A stretch of DNA of 64,000 nt, from positions 3,013 to 67,012 of the forward strand of contig CALXRS010000006.1 in assembly GCA_944390915.1 (NCBI GenBank), given 5' to 3'. This document shows, one piece after another, positions 11,327-20,917 of this stretch; position 1 is the first letter of the stretch; each line of letters starts with the position of its first letter. Position numbers and translations under genes: made by a program. A model generated the notes under the pieces. The model ran no database searches. It saw nothing but the letters and a program-made list of their open reading frames with translations, and was not told the origin of the DNA. Origin of the DNA: an uncultured Alphaproteobacteria bacterium. Lineage in GTDB: Bacteria > Pseudomonadota > Alphaproteobacteria > RF32 > CAG-239.

Positions 11327-11497
11327 GGTAAATCTCATATAACGAAACGACTCTTCGAGCCTTTGAAGTTTGGAACTCCTGAACATACGCTCAAAGCTCC
11401 CCGACCTTAGTCAGGGATATATTCATTGCTTCCATCCGATAAAACGGACAGCAATGACTACGGTGTATCCCCACACCGCGTTATATGAGGGCTTACC
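11327..11497. ncRNA. candidate structured RNA or regulatory element (unclassified)
   Basis: 11334-11344 (ctcatataacg) is the perfect reverse complement of 11479-11489 (cgttatatgag). ggtaa (11327-11331) and ttacc (11493-11497) extend the pairing. Three local hairpins lie inside: 11357-11399, 11424-11456 and 11462-11477. The strand is unknown. Confidence 0.25.
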
Positions 11498-11703
11498 ACA
11501 GCCCCGCGCCCCTTTTTCGGGCGCTCGGCGTAGGCCGTTTGCGCTGTTGGGCAACAAGAGGCCGATACCTGAAACTAAATATAAGATAAAAAATAGTTGT
11601 TTGCAAGCACAATATCAACCGTCGGTTAAAAAGAATGCCTGCGGTTAGAGTATTTGTCTGAATTATTGTGAAAAATTAAAAAATAAAAACAAAGTCCCCG
11701 AGG

Positions 11704-13080
11704 CTACATGTCGTCGTTATTCTTTTCGGTTTGCTTTATACGGACGAGCAGATCGTCTATTTTCAACTTCAAAGTCGAATGTGGATTGTTTTCCAAAGCC
11801 CGTTTTGCCTGCCGGGCGGCGGTTTTTTTGTCTCCGGAAAGCAGGCTGAACTCAGCCGCCGCATAGTTTGAACCGGCTTGGTCGTTTTGCATGCCGTAAG
11901 CGCGGGAAAGCGGCAGCCAGGCAAAACTTTCGGGGTTATGAACCAGAACCTGCGTCAACATCCGTACGATTTCTTTCAGTTCGGTCTGATCGGGATTGTT
12001 TTCCAGCATGGCCAAAGACAAACTGAGCTTGAAGGAGGCGGAAGACGGACGCAGTCGCAAAGCGCGGCGATAGGCGTCAACCGCGGCGGCTACATTTCCG
12101 TTTTCCATCAGCATCTGGGCTTTCAGTTCGTAAAAATACGGATTGTTCGGCTCCTCTTTTATCAACGCCTCAATTTCGGTCAGAGCTTTTTGAACATCCG
12201 GCTGTCTGAAAAAAGCAATGGCTCTGGCATAACGCGCGGGAATTGATCGGTCGCTTGCCGGATATTGCAAAAAAGTCTGTTGCGGGTCTTCGGTATAGGC
12301 AAAAAGCTTTGCCTTGATCCGCTGAAATTCTTTTTCCTGCAAACCGTGCCGGGCAGCTTTGGAATTTTGCGCGGCTTTGGCCACGAAGGCAATGCGCTCG
12401 TCGGTCAGCGGGTGAGTGCGAAAATATTCCCGTTCGGCGATTCCCTGCGTTTTGTTGCGTTGTTTGATTTTTTGCAAAAAACGCAACATTCCGGCCGGCG
12501 ATTGTCCGATTTTTTCAAGCAAATTGACGGCGGCTTCATCGGCGCTGCGTTCTTCGCTTATCTGATAAGAGAGCATGGAATTCAGAGCTGAGCTTTGCGA
12601 CCCGAGAATGGCGGCAATGCTCAAGTCGGCGCGACCGGCGGCAATTCCGGCCAGTCCGCCCACCAGCATGGAAGCCAGGCTCACGCTTTGCACTTCGCGC
12701 GCTTTTATTTTATGGCGCAGAATGTGTCCGCCCTGGATATGTCCGGTTTCGTGTGCCAAAACGCCGGTCAGTTCGTTTTGGCTGTCGGCGGCGATGATGG
12801 TGCCGATGTTTACGAACATGCGGTTTCCGTCGGTCACGAAGGCATTGAGCGTCTTGTCATTGACAACGTATATTTGACCGGGATAAAACGCAACCCCCGC
12901 CGCCTTAAAAACGGGACGCAGAGTCTGATGCAGAAAAATTTCCGTTTCTTCGTCGGAAATCAGCGACAACGCGATCGCCTGACGACAACTCAAAAAAACT
13001 GACAGCAGCAAAAAGCCGCCTGCCAGTTTTTTGATTATTCGTCCCAGGCTTTTCAGCCGTTGATGAGTTTTTTCCACCAT
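11704..13080 (-). CDS. M48-family zinc metalloprotease with C-terminal TPR repeats (BepA-like)
   Basis: 458 aa with a signal or anchor sequence, the HETGHIQGGH zinc motif, and a TPR-like C-terminal half. Confidence 0.8.
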   Translation of the reverse strand: MVEKTHQRLKSLGRIIKKLAGGFLLLSVFLSCRQAIALSLISDEETEIFLHQTLRPVFKAAGVAFYPGQIYVVNDKTLNAFVTDGNRMFVNIGTIIAADSQNELTGVLAHETGHIQGGHILRHKIKAREVQSVSLASMLVGGLAGIAAGRADLSIAAILGSQSSALNSMLSYQISEERSADEAAVNLLEKIGQSPAGMLRFLQKIKQRNKTQGIAEREYFRTHPLTDERIAFVAKAAQNSKAARHGLQEKEFQRIKAKLFAYTEDPQQTFLQYPASDRSIPARYARAIAFFRQPDVQKALTEIEALIKEEPNNPYFYELKAQMLMENGNVAAAVDAYRRALRLRPSSASFKLSLSLAMLENNPDQTELKEIVRMLTQVLVHNPESFAWLPLSRAYGMQNDQAGSNYAAAEFSLLSGDKKTAARQAKRALENNPHSTLKLKIDDLLVRIKQTEKNNDDM

Positions 13081-15548
13081 GCGACTTTTCTCTTCTCGGG
13101 TTGCTTTTCTTCGGTCGCGGGAGAAGCGGTTTCGGGTGCGCCGTCATGGCTGTTGTAAAGAATAACCGGTTCCTCGCGCGTTTGCTTTTCTTCGTTATTG
13201 TCTTCCTGCCGGTCATCGCGGCGGCGCCGGCCGTTTCGGCGACGGTCAAAGCGGCCGCGCGTTCGGCCGCGGCGTTGTTCGTTTGCGCCGTTGTCCGCAT
13301 TTTCCTCGTCGTTTTTTTCGTCGGTGTTGTTTCCCGCCTGTTTTTCGGCAACCGATTGTTCCGTCCGCGATGTCTCCTCGCCGCGGGTCGGCGTTTGCTC
13401 GGTTGTTTTGGCTGCGCGCACGCGTTCGATTTTGAAGTCGGATACGTTCCGGATATTTTCATCCGCCGCGATAATAATCCGGACTTTGTAGCGTTGTTCC
13501 GTTTCCACCAGATCGCCGCGTTTCTGGTTCAGCAGATAGATGGCGACGTCGCGCGGCACAAAAACGGTAATTTGCGAAGAGCGTCCTTTGACGGCCTCTT
13601 CTTCAATGCTGCGCAAAATTGAAACGGCGCCGGATTCCACGGTGCGGATAATTCCTCTTCCGTGGCAGTAGGGGCAGATGTGATAATTGCTTTCGAAGAA
13701 AGACGAGTGCATCCGCTGGCGCGATATTTCCAACAGTCCGAAGCAGCTCATTTTGCCGATTTGCACGCGGGCACGATCTTTTTTCATGGCTTCTTTCATT
13801 CTTTTTTCGATAGCCTGATTGTTTTTGGGATCGTCCATGTCGATAAAGTCGATGACGACCAGTCCGGCCAGATTGCGCATCCGCAACTGTTTGGCAATTT
13901 CGTCGGCGGCTTCCATATTGGTCTTCAGGGCAGTTTCTTCCAGATCTTTTTCTTTTGTTGCTCGTCCGGAATTGACGTCGATGGAAACCAGCGCTTCGGT
14001 CGGGTTAATCACCAGATATCCGCCGGATTCGAGTTGGACGTTGGTATCGTGCAGCTTATCAATCTGCGCTTCCACCTGAAAACGCTGAAACAGGGGAATT
14101 TCGTCCGCTTTGCAACATTTGAGCTTTTTCATGCTGTGCGGCGAAAGAATTTTCATAAAGTCGCGGGCGGCCTGAAAGGCTTTGTCCCCGTCAATGATAA
14201 TTTCCGCAATTTCTTTGGTAAACATATCGCGCAGGGCGCGTTTGATCAGATTCCCTTCTTCATAAATCAGCGCTGGTGCGGCAGCCCGCAGAGAACCGAG
14301 GCGAATCTGATTCCACGTGCGGATAAGATAGTTGTAGTCCCTAACGATGTCGGCCTTGGTTTTGTCTTCGCCGGCGGTGCGGACGATGAGGGACATATCG
14401 CTCGGCATGGGCAGTTCGCGGATAATGTTTTTTAAGCGCTTGCGGTCGGCGGCATTGGTAATTTTGCGCGAAACGCCGCCGCTTTTGATGCGATTGGGCA
14501 TCAACACGCAATATCTGCCGGCAAGCGACAAATAGGTTGTGAGCGCCGCGCCTTTATTGCCCCTTTCTTCTTTAACGACCTGCACCAGCAAAATCTGCCC
14601 TTCTTTAATGACGTCCTGAATTTTGCTTTGGTGAAACAGTTTGCGCAACAAAAGCAGCTTTTTCTGAACTTCATAGTCGTATTCGTCATCGTCATCATCG
14701 TCAACGGCTATTTCGTCGTCGTTGGCGTTTTCTTCTCCGCGGCGACGAAACTCGGTTTCTTCGCGGAAGCCTTCACGCTCTTCCGATTCTTTGATGACGT
14801 CTTCTTCGCATCCGGTGTCTTCGGCTAACGTTTTTACTTTTTCGTTTTTCTTTTCTTCCGATTCTGCTGCCGCTGCGGCATCGGTTTTTCGCGCTTTCGG
14901 TCTGCGCCCGCGGCGACGCGCGGGTTTGGCTTCTTCCGGCGCCGGCAAAGCCTCGCCGTTTACGGCTTCCAAGGATTGTTCTTTATCCGTGACGGGGATG
15001 TTCTCGGCAACGTCCGCCTGTGTGTTTTCGGCCGCGACATCCTTCTGTGTGTTTTCGGCCGCGACGTTCGTCTGTTCGTCGCGAGAAGCATCGGAACCGG
15101 CGCCGTCGTTTTCCCGTGCCTGTTCGGCGGCTTCCTGTTCCAGGCGACGGGCGCGTTTTAAGGCGCGTTCCTGCCGCAGCCGGGCGCGTTCGAGTTCACG
15201 TTCGCGGGCGGCTTGTTTTTTGTTTTCGATCATTTGATCGATTTCTTTTTCCATAGCGCTTAAAGCCGCTTCGTCAATGTGGTAGTAGTCGGGATGAATT
15301 TCCCCGAAAGCGAGAAAGCCGTGGCGATTGCCGCCGTAATCAACGAAGGCCGCCTGCAACGACGGCTCGATTCGCATAACTTTTGCCAAATATATATTGC
15401 CTTTGATTTGTTTGCGGCTGCTTGATTCAAATTCCACATCTTCAAGTTTGTTGCCGTTGATGACGACCACTCTTGTTTCTTCGGGCTGCGTGTCGTCAAT
15501 TAACATTCTTTTAATCATATATAAAAACTCCGTTATTTGCTGCAGCAA
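13053..15548 (-). CDS. rne: ribonuclease E
   Basis: 831 aa. It has the S1 motif GNIYLAKVMRIEPSLQAAFVDYG, the Zn-link CPYCHGRG and an Arg-rich C-terminal tail. Its 3' end overlaps the next gene by 28 nt. Confidence 0.9.
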   Translation of the reverse strand: MLQQITEFLYMIKRMLIDDTQPEETRVVVINGNKLEDVEFESSSRKQIKGNIYLAKVMRIEPSLQAAFVDYGGNRHGFLAFGEIHPDYYHIDEAALSAMEKEIDQMIENKKQAARERELERARLRQERALKRARRLEQEAAEQARENDGAGSDASRDEQTNVAAENTQKDVAAENTQADVAENIPVTDKEQSLEAVNGEALPAPEEAKPARRRGRRPKARKTDAAAAAESEEKKNEKVKTLAEDTGCEEDVIKESEEREGFREETEFRRRGEENANDDEIAVDDDDDDEYDYEVQKKLLLLRKLFHQSKIQDVIKEGQILLVQVVKEERGNKGAALTTYLSLAGRYCVLMPNRIKSGGVSRKITNAADRKRLKNIIRELPMPSDMSLIVRTAGEDKTKADIVRDYNYLIRTWNQIRLGSLRAAAPALIYEEGNLIKRALRDMFTKEIAEIIIDGDKAFQAARDFMKILSPHSMKKLKCCKADEIPLFQRFQVEAQIDKLHDTNVQLESGGYLVINPTEALVSIDVNSGRATKEKDLEETALKTNMEAADEIAKQLRMRNLAGLVVIDFIDMDDPKNNQAIEKRMKEAMKKDRARVQIGKMSCFGLLEISRQRMHSSFFESNYHICPYCHGRGIIRTVESGAVSILRSIEEEAVKGRSSQITVFVPRDVAIYLLNQKRGDLVETEQRYKVRIIIAADENIRNVSDFKIERVRAAKTTEQTPTRGEETSRTEQSVAEKQAGNNTDEKNDEENADNGANEQRRGRTRGRFDRRRNGRRRRDDRQEDNNEEKQTREEPVILYNSHDGAPETASPATEEKQPEKRKVAWWKKLING

Positions 15549-15999
15549 TGTGCAGAAAGTATAATTGCGCTTCGGAGAGAAACGGGCGGAAAACCTTGTC
15601 TTTGCCGCTTTGAACTTGCCGGCTGCGAATTATTTTTTGCGCCGTCGGCCGCATGATGTTTTTCGCTCCGTGGATTTGCGGATACGGAAAAATCCGTCGT
15701 TTTGTTGCCTTGCATATCCGCAAACCGAAATTTCTGTCCGGTTAAAACCTTACTTAAGCGACCGTCGCGGCTGCTCGCTTTCTCAATGAAAGGCAGCGTT
15801 ACCGCCTCCGGGAAGCAAAAAAACATCATCATTATTAAATTGCAAGCCTCCCCGGTCCGGTTAAAAGCGTCCGGTCGGATACGACAATATACCGCCCTAA
15901 AAAAAAATACAATATCATTTTTCATTTTTTATCCGTTCGATTTTAACAGATTGGTAATAAGTGGGCTCTATAATCGAGCAAACGATTTTGTGTGTGTAA
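15549..15999. promoter_or_regulatory. divergent rne / amiC control region; probable long rne 5' leader
   Basis: A 451-bp gap without a credible ORF lies between the divergently oriented rne and amiC. E. coli rne has a long autoregulatory 5' UTR; I extend that to this organism by inference only. Confidence 0.3.
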
Positions 16000-17235
16000 A
16001 TGAAGATTTTGACTGACATAATTTCTTTGCTCGGGCGCCTGTTGACGGTGCTGTGTCTGGTTGCGCTCTGTTCGCGCGAGGCGCAGGCGGCGGGCCGGAT
16101 AAGCGGTTTGCGCATCGGGCAGGGCATCGGCAGCGTGCGTATCGTATTTGACGCCGACGCCGAATTTGATTACAACGTTTTTTTGCTCAATTATCCCAAA
16201 AGGTTGGTGGTGGACACCAAAAACGTCTATATCGGCAAAGCGCTGGAAAAAACCAGAGACAAAAACAACCTTATCAGCCGCGTGCGGGTCGGCGATATTT
16301 TGGACGGCAAAACCCGCGTGGTGTTCGATTTGTTGAAACCCGTGGTTATTAAAAAAGTGTTTATGCTGCCGCCGCAATCCACATTCAAGTGGCGTTTGGC
16401 GATAGATGTGAGCGTTGCCTCGGAAAGAGAGTTTGCCGCTAAAACCGGAATTGGCCATGCCTATGGCGACAAAAAACTTTCGTTTGCGGAAGACAGTGCG
16501 GAAAAGAGTGTGCCCGTAGCGGCCAATCCGCCGAAAAACGTTAAAAAAATCGTTGTTATTGATGCCGGCCACGGCGGTCACGATCCCGGTGCCATCGGTT
16601 ATTCCGGCGTGCACGAAAAAAACATTACCCTGGCCATGGCCAAAGAATTGAAGCGTCAGCTCGACCGGCGGGGAAAATATAAAGTATATCTTACCCGTAG
16701 CACCGACGTCTTTATTCCGTTGCGTAAACGGGTGGAGATTGCCCGCAGGCACAAAGCGGATCTGTTCATTTCCGTGCATGCCGATTCCGCCCTGAACCGT
16801 CGGGCGACCGGGCTGTCGGTTTACACCCTTTCGGAAACAGCCTCCGACAAAGAAGCCGCCGCGCTGGCGGAAAGGGAAAACAAGGCGGATATCATCGGTG
16901 GGCTTAACCTCTACGAACAGTCCAAAGAAGTGAGCGACGTGCTGATTTCGCTGGCGCAGCGGGAAACCCGCAACCGTTCGTCGGAATTTGCAAAATGTCT
17001 GGTCGACGAAATGCGCAAGTCGGTAAAATTGATTAACGACACGCATCGTTTTGCCGGATTTGCGGTTTTGAAGGCGCCGGACGTGCCGTCCGTGTTGTTG
17101 GAAATGGGGTATTTGTCCAACAAAAACGAAGAGCGCCTTTTGCGTCAGGAAAGCTATCGGCGCAAGCTTGCCGCCTCTGCCGTGCGCGCCGTCGACTGTT
17201 ATTTTGAAGACATGAAACACAAATCTCTGTTTTAA
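16000..17235 (+). CDS. amiC: N-acetylmuramoyl-L-alanine amidase (AmiC-type)
   Basis: 411 aa with a signal peptide. Amidase_3 motifs VVIDAGHGGHDPGA and ISVHADS are present. Confidence 0.85.
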   Translation: MKILTDIISLLGRLLTVLCLVALCSREAQAAGRISGLRIGQGIGSVRIVFDADAEFDYNVFLLNYPKRLVVDTKNVYIGKALEKTRDKNNLISRVRVGDILDGKTRVVFDLLKPVVIKKVFMLPPQSTFKWRLAIDVSVASEREFAAKTGIGHAYGDKKLSFAEDSAEKSVPVAANPPKNVKKIVVIDAGHGGHDPGAIGYSGVHEKNITLAMAKELKRQLDRRGKYKVYLTRSTDVFIPLRKRVEIARRHKADLFISVHADSALNRRATGLSVYTLSETASDKEAAALAERENKADIIGGLNLYEQSKEVSDVLISLAQRETRNRSSEFAKCLVDEMRKSVKLINDTHRFAGFAVLKAPDVPSVLLEMGYLSNKNEERLLRQESYRRKLAASAVRAVDCYFEDMKHKSLF

Positions 17236-17319
17236 CGGCTGATAACCCGAGAATACAGTTGTCGTTTTAATTAAAAGCTGTTATGAGTGAATACGTAAAA
17301 TAATTTGACAGGTGGCTTT

Positions 17320-19788
17320 ATGTTTAAAACTTTGTCTTCAATCCTGAGTACGTTGTTCTTTTTTGCGCTGGTCGGCATAGTCGTTGTCCTGTGTTGTTTG
17401 TGGCGCTTCAGCCAGACTTTGCCGGACTATCGACAGCTGGCAAAATACGAACCGGCGGTAACCACGCGCCTTTTTGCCGGCGACGGGCAGCTGCTGAAAG
17501 AATATGCCGCGGAACAACGCTTGTTCGTGCCTGTCGATAAAATTCCGGATTTGGTGAAACAGGCGTTTATCTCCGCCGAAGATAAAAAGTTTTACCGTCA
17601 TTCGGGGCTGGATTATGTGGGCATTTTACGCGCCGTTTTGCACAATGTCAAAAACATCGGCAGCGGCCGTCGGCCGTCGGGAGCTTCGACCATTACCCAG
17701 CAGGTGGCCAAAAACTTTTTGCTCACCTCGGAGGTTTCCTATATCCGCAAAATCAAAGAAGCCCTTTTGGCCTGGCGGATGGAACAAACCTTTGACAAAG
17801 ACCATATTTTGGAACTCTACTTAAACGAAATTTATCTCGGCAACCGCTCTTACGGGGTAGCGGCCGCGGCTCTGAATTATTTTGACAAACCGCTTGCGGA
17901 GCTGACGCTGGAAGAGGCGGCCTATCTGGCGGCTCTGCCGAAAGGACCGAACAATTACAATCCGCATACCCGCTACGAGGCGGCCGTTACCCGCCGCAAC
18001 TGGGTTATCGGTCGGATGGTCGAAGACGGCTATGTCGACGAGCTTGCGGCCGAAAATGCAAAAGCGCAGCCGTTGACGGTGGTTAAACGCGACAACCGTT
18101 TTGTTCGCCATGCCGAATATTTCAGCGAAGAAGTCCGCCGCGGCATAGAAGAGCGTTTCGGCGAAGAAGCCTTAAACGAAGGCGGTCTGATTGTACGGAC
18201 AACCGTTGACCCGAAATTGCAGGAAATTGCCACCCGCGTTTTTCGCGAAAGCCTGGAGGAATATGACCGCCGCCACGGCTGGCGCGGCGCCGCTGCCAAC
18301 ATTTCCGTGGAAGGCGATTTCCTGCCGGTGTTGAAAAAAACGGCTTTGCCGATCGGCGCGTCGCCGTCGTGGCAAAAGGCGGCGGTGCTTAAAACCGAAA
18401 AAAATCGCGCGCTGATAAAAACGGAAACGGGAGAAGACGGCGTTATCCCGCTCTCGGTTTTGTCCTGGGCCGGAAAAACGCTGCCCAACCAGCGTATCGG
18501 CGCCGCGCCCAAATCGACGTCCGCAGTGCTGAAAAAAGGCGATGTCGTCTGGGTGGAAAAAATTTCCGCCGACAAAATCAAAATTCAGAAACTGCCCGAA
18601 AACGCCTATGCCCTTAAACAGGTTCCCGATGTCGACGGCGGTCTGGTAGCGCTCGATCCGCATACCGGCCGAGTGCTGGCCATGGTCGGCGGTTATTCGT
18701 ATCGGCGCTCGCAGTTTAACCGGGTCACTCAGGCGCGGCGGCAAACGGGCTCGTCGTTTAAGCCTTTTGTATATCTTTGCGCGCTTGAAAACGGCTATTC
18801 GCCGACGGATCTCATTTTGGACGCGCCGTTTGTTTTTGATCAGGGGGCGGGTTTGCCGAAATGGAAACCCAAAAACTTTACCAACAAATTTTACGGGTTG
18901 ATGACTTTGCGCGAAGGGGTGGAAAAATCGCGCAATCTGATGACCGTTCGCCTGGCGCAGGACGTCGGGATGGATAAAATTTCCGCCTTTACGGAAAAGG
19001 TGGGGATAAACGACAATTTGCCGGAATTGTTGTCAATGTCGCTCGGCGCGGGAGAAACGAGACTGATTGATTTGGCCGCGGCCTATGCCGAAATTGTCAA
19101 CGGCGGCAAAAAAGTGACCCCGTATCTTGTCGAGCGCATTCAGGATCGCTACGGCCGCACGATTTTAAGACAGGACAATCGGATTTGTGCGGATTGCAAT
19201 TTCGAGAGCTGGCAACAACAACCCGTACCGCAGCCGCAGGATGAGCGCGAGCAGCTGTTCGATACCCTGTCGGCCTACCAGATGACCTCCATTCTCGAAG
19301 GCGTGGCCACCCGCGGCAGCGGCGCGCGCCTGCGCAAGCTTAACAGGCATCTCGGCGGCAAAACCGGCACCACCAACGACAGCAAAGAAGGTTGGTTTGT
19401 CGGCTTTTCGCCCGATTTGGTGGTCGGTACCTATGTCGGTTTTGACGAGCCGCGGACTTTGGGACAGTGGGAAACCGGCGCCAGCGCGGCATTGCCCGTT
19501 TTCTACAGGTTTATGGAAGAAGCCTTGAAAGATCAGCCGGATATACCTTTCCGCATTCCGGCCGGCATTAAGCTGGTGCGGATAAACTATAAGACCGGTC
19601 GGCCGGCCGTTCCCGGCGATAAGGTGGTGATTACCGAAGCCATCAAGCCGGATTTTGATTTTGCGCACGGCGGCCAGCGGATTATTGAGGGCAATGCAAA
19701 CGATAATCGGGACGACGGCCTGAACGACTACAAACAATTCGGAAATTCGGAAACAAACGAAAACTTTCAACTGGGAACCAGATATTAA
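17320..19788 (+). CDS. mrcA: penicillin-binding protein 1A (bifunctional glycosyltransferase/transpeptidase)
   Basis: GT51 motifs are EDKKFYRHSG and GASTITQQVAKN. Transpeptidase motifs are SSFKP and KTGTTND. I chose the ATG at 17320 after AGGTGG; a TTG ORF start lies at 17305. Confidence 0.9.
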   Translation: MFKTLSSILSTLFFFALVGIVVVLCCLWRFSQTLPDYRQLAKYEPAVTTRLFAGDGQLLKEYAAEQRLFVPVDKIPDLVKQAFISAEDKKFYRHSGLDYVGILRAVLHNVKNIGSGRRPSGASTITQQVAKNFLLTSEVSYIRKIKEALLAWRMEQTFDKDHILELYLNEIYLGNRSYGVAAAALNYFDKPLAELTLEEAAYLAALPKGPNNYNPHTRYEAAVTRRNWVIGRMVEDGYVDELAAENAKAQPLTVVKRDNRFVRHAEYFSEEVRRGIEERFGEEALNEGGLIVRTTVDPKLQEIATRVFRESLEEYDRRHGWRGAAANISVEGDFLPVLKKTALPIGASPSWQKAAVLKTEKNRALIKTETGEDGVIPLSVLSWAGKTLPNQRIGAAPKSTSAVLKKGDVVWVEKISADKIKIQKLPENAYALKQVPDVDGGLVALDPHTGRVLAMVGGYSYRRSQFNRVTQARRQTGSSFKPFVYLCALENGYSPTDLILDAPFVFDQGAGLPKWKPKNFTNKFYGLMTLREGVEKSRNLMTVRLAQDVGMDKISAFTEKVGINDNLPELLSMSLGAGETRLIDLAAAYAEIVNGGKKVTPYLVERIQDRYGRTILRQDNRICADCNFESWQQQPVPQPQDEREQLFDTLSAYQMTSILEGVATRGSGARLRKLNRHLGGKTGTTNDSKEGWFVGFSPDLVVGTYVGFDEPRTLGQWETGASAALPVFYRFMEEALKDQPDIPFRIPAGIKLVRINYKTGRPAVPGDKVVITEAIKPDFDFAHGGQRIIEGNANDNRDDGLNDYKQFGNSETNENFQLGTRY

Positions 19789-19812
19789 CAGATTGAACAA
19801 AGGAGCAACAAT

Positions 19813-20917
19813 ATGCAGGCAGAAGTATTAACCCTCGGCGAAGAAATCAGGCAGTCCTTAGCGCTGCTGAGGAGGTCTCTTTGACTACGACAACGCCGTT
19901 TTGCGCTTAGACGAGCTGAATGCTCTGACCGCCGCGCCCGAGCTGTGGAACGACGCCGCCCGCGCGCAAAAGCTTTTGAGTGAAAAAAACGCTTTGGAAG
20001 AAAATATTTCTCTGCTCCAAAACAGCGAAAACACGTTGAATGATTTATTGGAATTGTGCGAGCTGGCGGAAGCGGAAGATAACCGCGAACTGACGGAAGA
20101 AGTTATAACGCAGCTTCGGGAACTGAGGACGCAAACCCGTCGCGGCGAGCTGGAAGCGCTGCTTTCCGGCGAGGCGGACAAGAACGACGCCTTTGTCGAA
20201 ATCCACGCCGGCAGCGGCGGCACCGAAGCGCAGGACTGGGCGGAAATGCTGCTGAGAATGTACACCCGCTGGGCGGAAGCGCATCATTATAAGGTGGAAT
20301 ATATCGAAGAGTCGGAAGGTGAGGTGGCAGGCTTAAAATCCGTTACCGTCAAAATTTGCGGGCACAATGCCTACGGTTGGTTGAAGTCGGAAAGCGGCGT
20401 CCATCGTCTGGTGCGCATATCGCCTTTTGACAGCAATGCCCGCCGGCATACAAGTTTTGCCTCGGTCGACGTATATCCCGATATTGATGACGAAATTCGC
20501 ATAGACATCAACGAGGCCGATTGTCGGGTCGATACTTATCGGGCATCGGGTGCGGGCGGTCAGCACATCAACAAAACGGACTCCGCGGTGCGGATTACGC
20601 ATATTCCGACCGGCATAGTCGTGCAGTGCCAAAACCAGCGGTCACAATTCCAAAACCGCGACGCCGCCTGGAAAATGCTTCGCGCGCGTTTGTACGAGCT
20701 GGAGCTGAAAAAACGCGAAGCCGAAGCCGAAGGCCGCCGCGAAGCGATGGGGGACAACGGCTGGGGTTATCAGATACGCTCTTATGTACTCCAACCCTAC
20801 AAACTGATAAAAGATTTGCGCACGGGGGTTGAAAATACGGATGCCAAGGCTGTTTTGGACGGAGATATAGATTTATTTTTGGAGGCGGCTTTGGCCGACA
20901 AGGTCAGCAATAAATGA
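19813..20917 (+). CDS. prfB: peptide chain release factor 2, requiring a programmed +1 frameshift
   Basis: Frame 0 runs from ATG 19813 for 23 sense codons to CTT TGA (19879-19884). The +1 frame continues DYDNAVLRLDELN... and contains SPF and GGQ (SGAGGQHINKT). Confidence 0.9.
19870..19885 (+). promoter_or_regulatory. RF2 autoregulatory +1 frameshift site
   Basis: The sequence is AGGAGG TCT CTT TGA C: an internal SD-like element, then a CTT slippery codon and an in-frame TGA followed by C. Confidence 0.85.

Noticed and set aside
11370-11648. 92-aa plus-strand ORF in the long intergenic gap
   Set aside because: It has no RBS and an unremarkable composition. It is read through GC hairpins, so I treat the region as non-coding.
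11217-11703. Whether the structured gap encodes tmRNA, RNase P RNA, SRP RNA or 6S RNA
   Set aside because: I looked on both strands for the hallmark strings: GAGGAAAGUCCGGGC (RNase P), GGAAGCAGCC (SRP), a T-arm plus CCA end, and an ANDN-type tag (tmRNA). None were present. 6S RNA cannot be excluded by eye.
13053-13080. 28-nt overlap between the rne 3' end and the M48 protease start, as a possible frameshift or fusion
   Set aside because: The two ORFs are in different frames, each with complete and recognisable domain content. A simple overlap of adjacent genes is sufficient.
15943-17220. 425-aa minus-strand ORF opposite amiC
   Set aside because: It is an antisense shadow ORF. The amidase motifs are on the plus strand.
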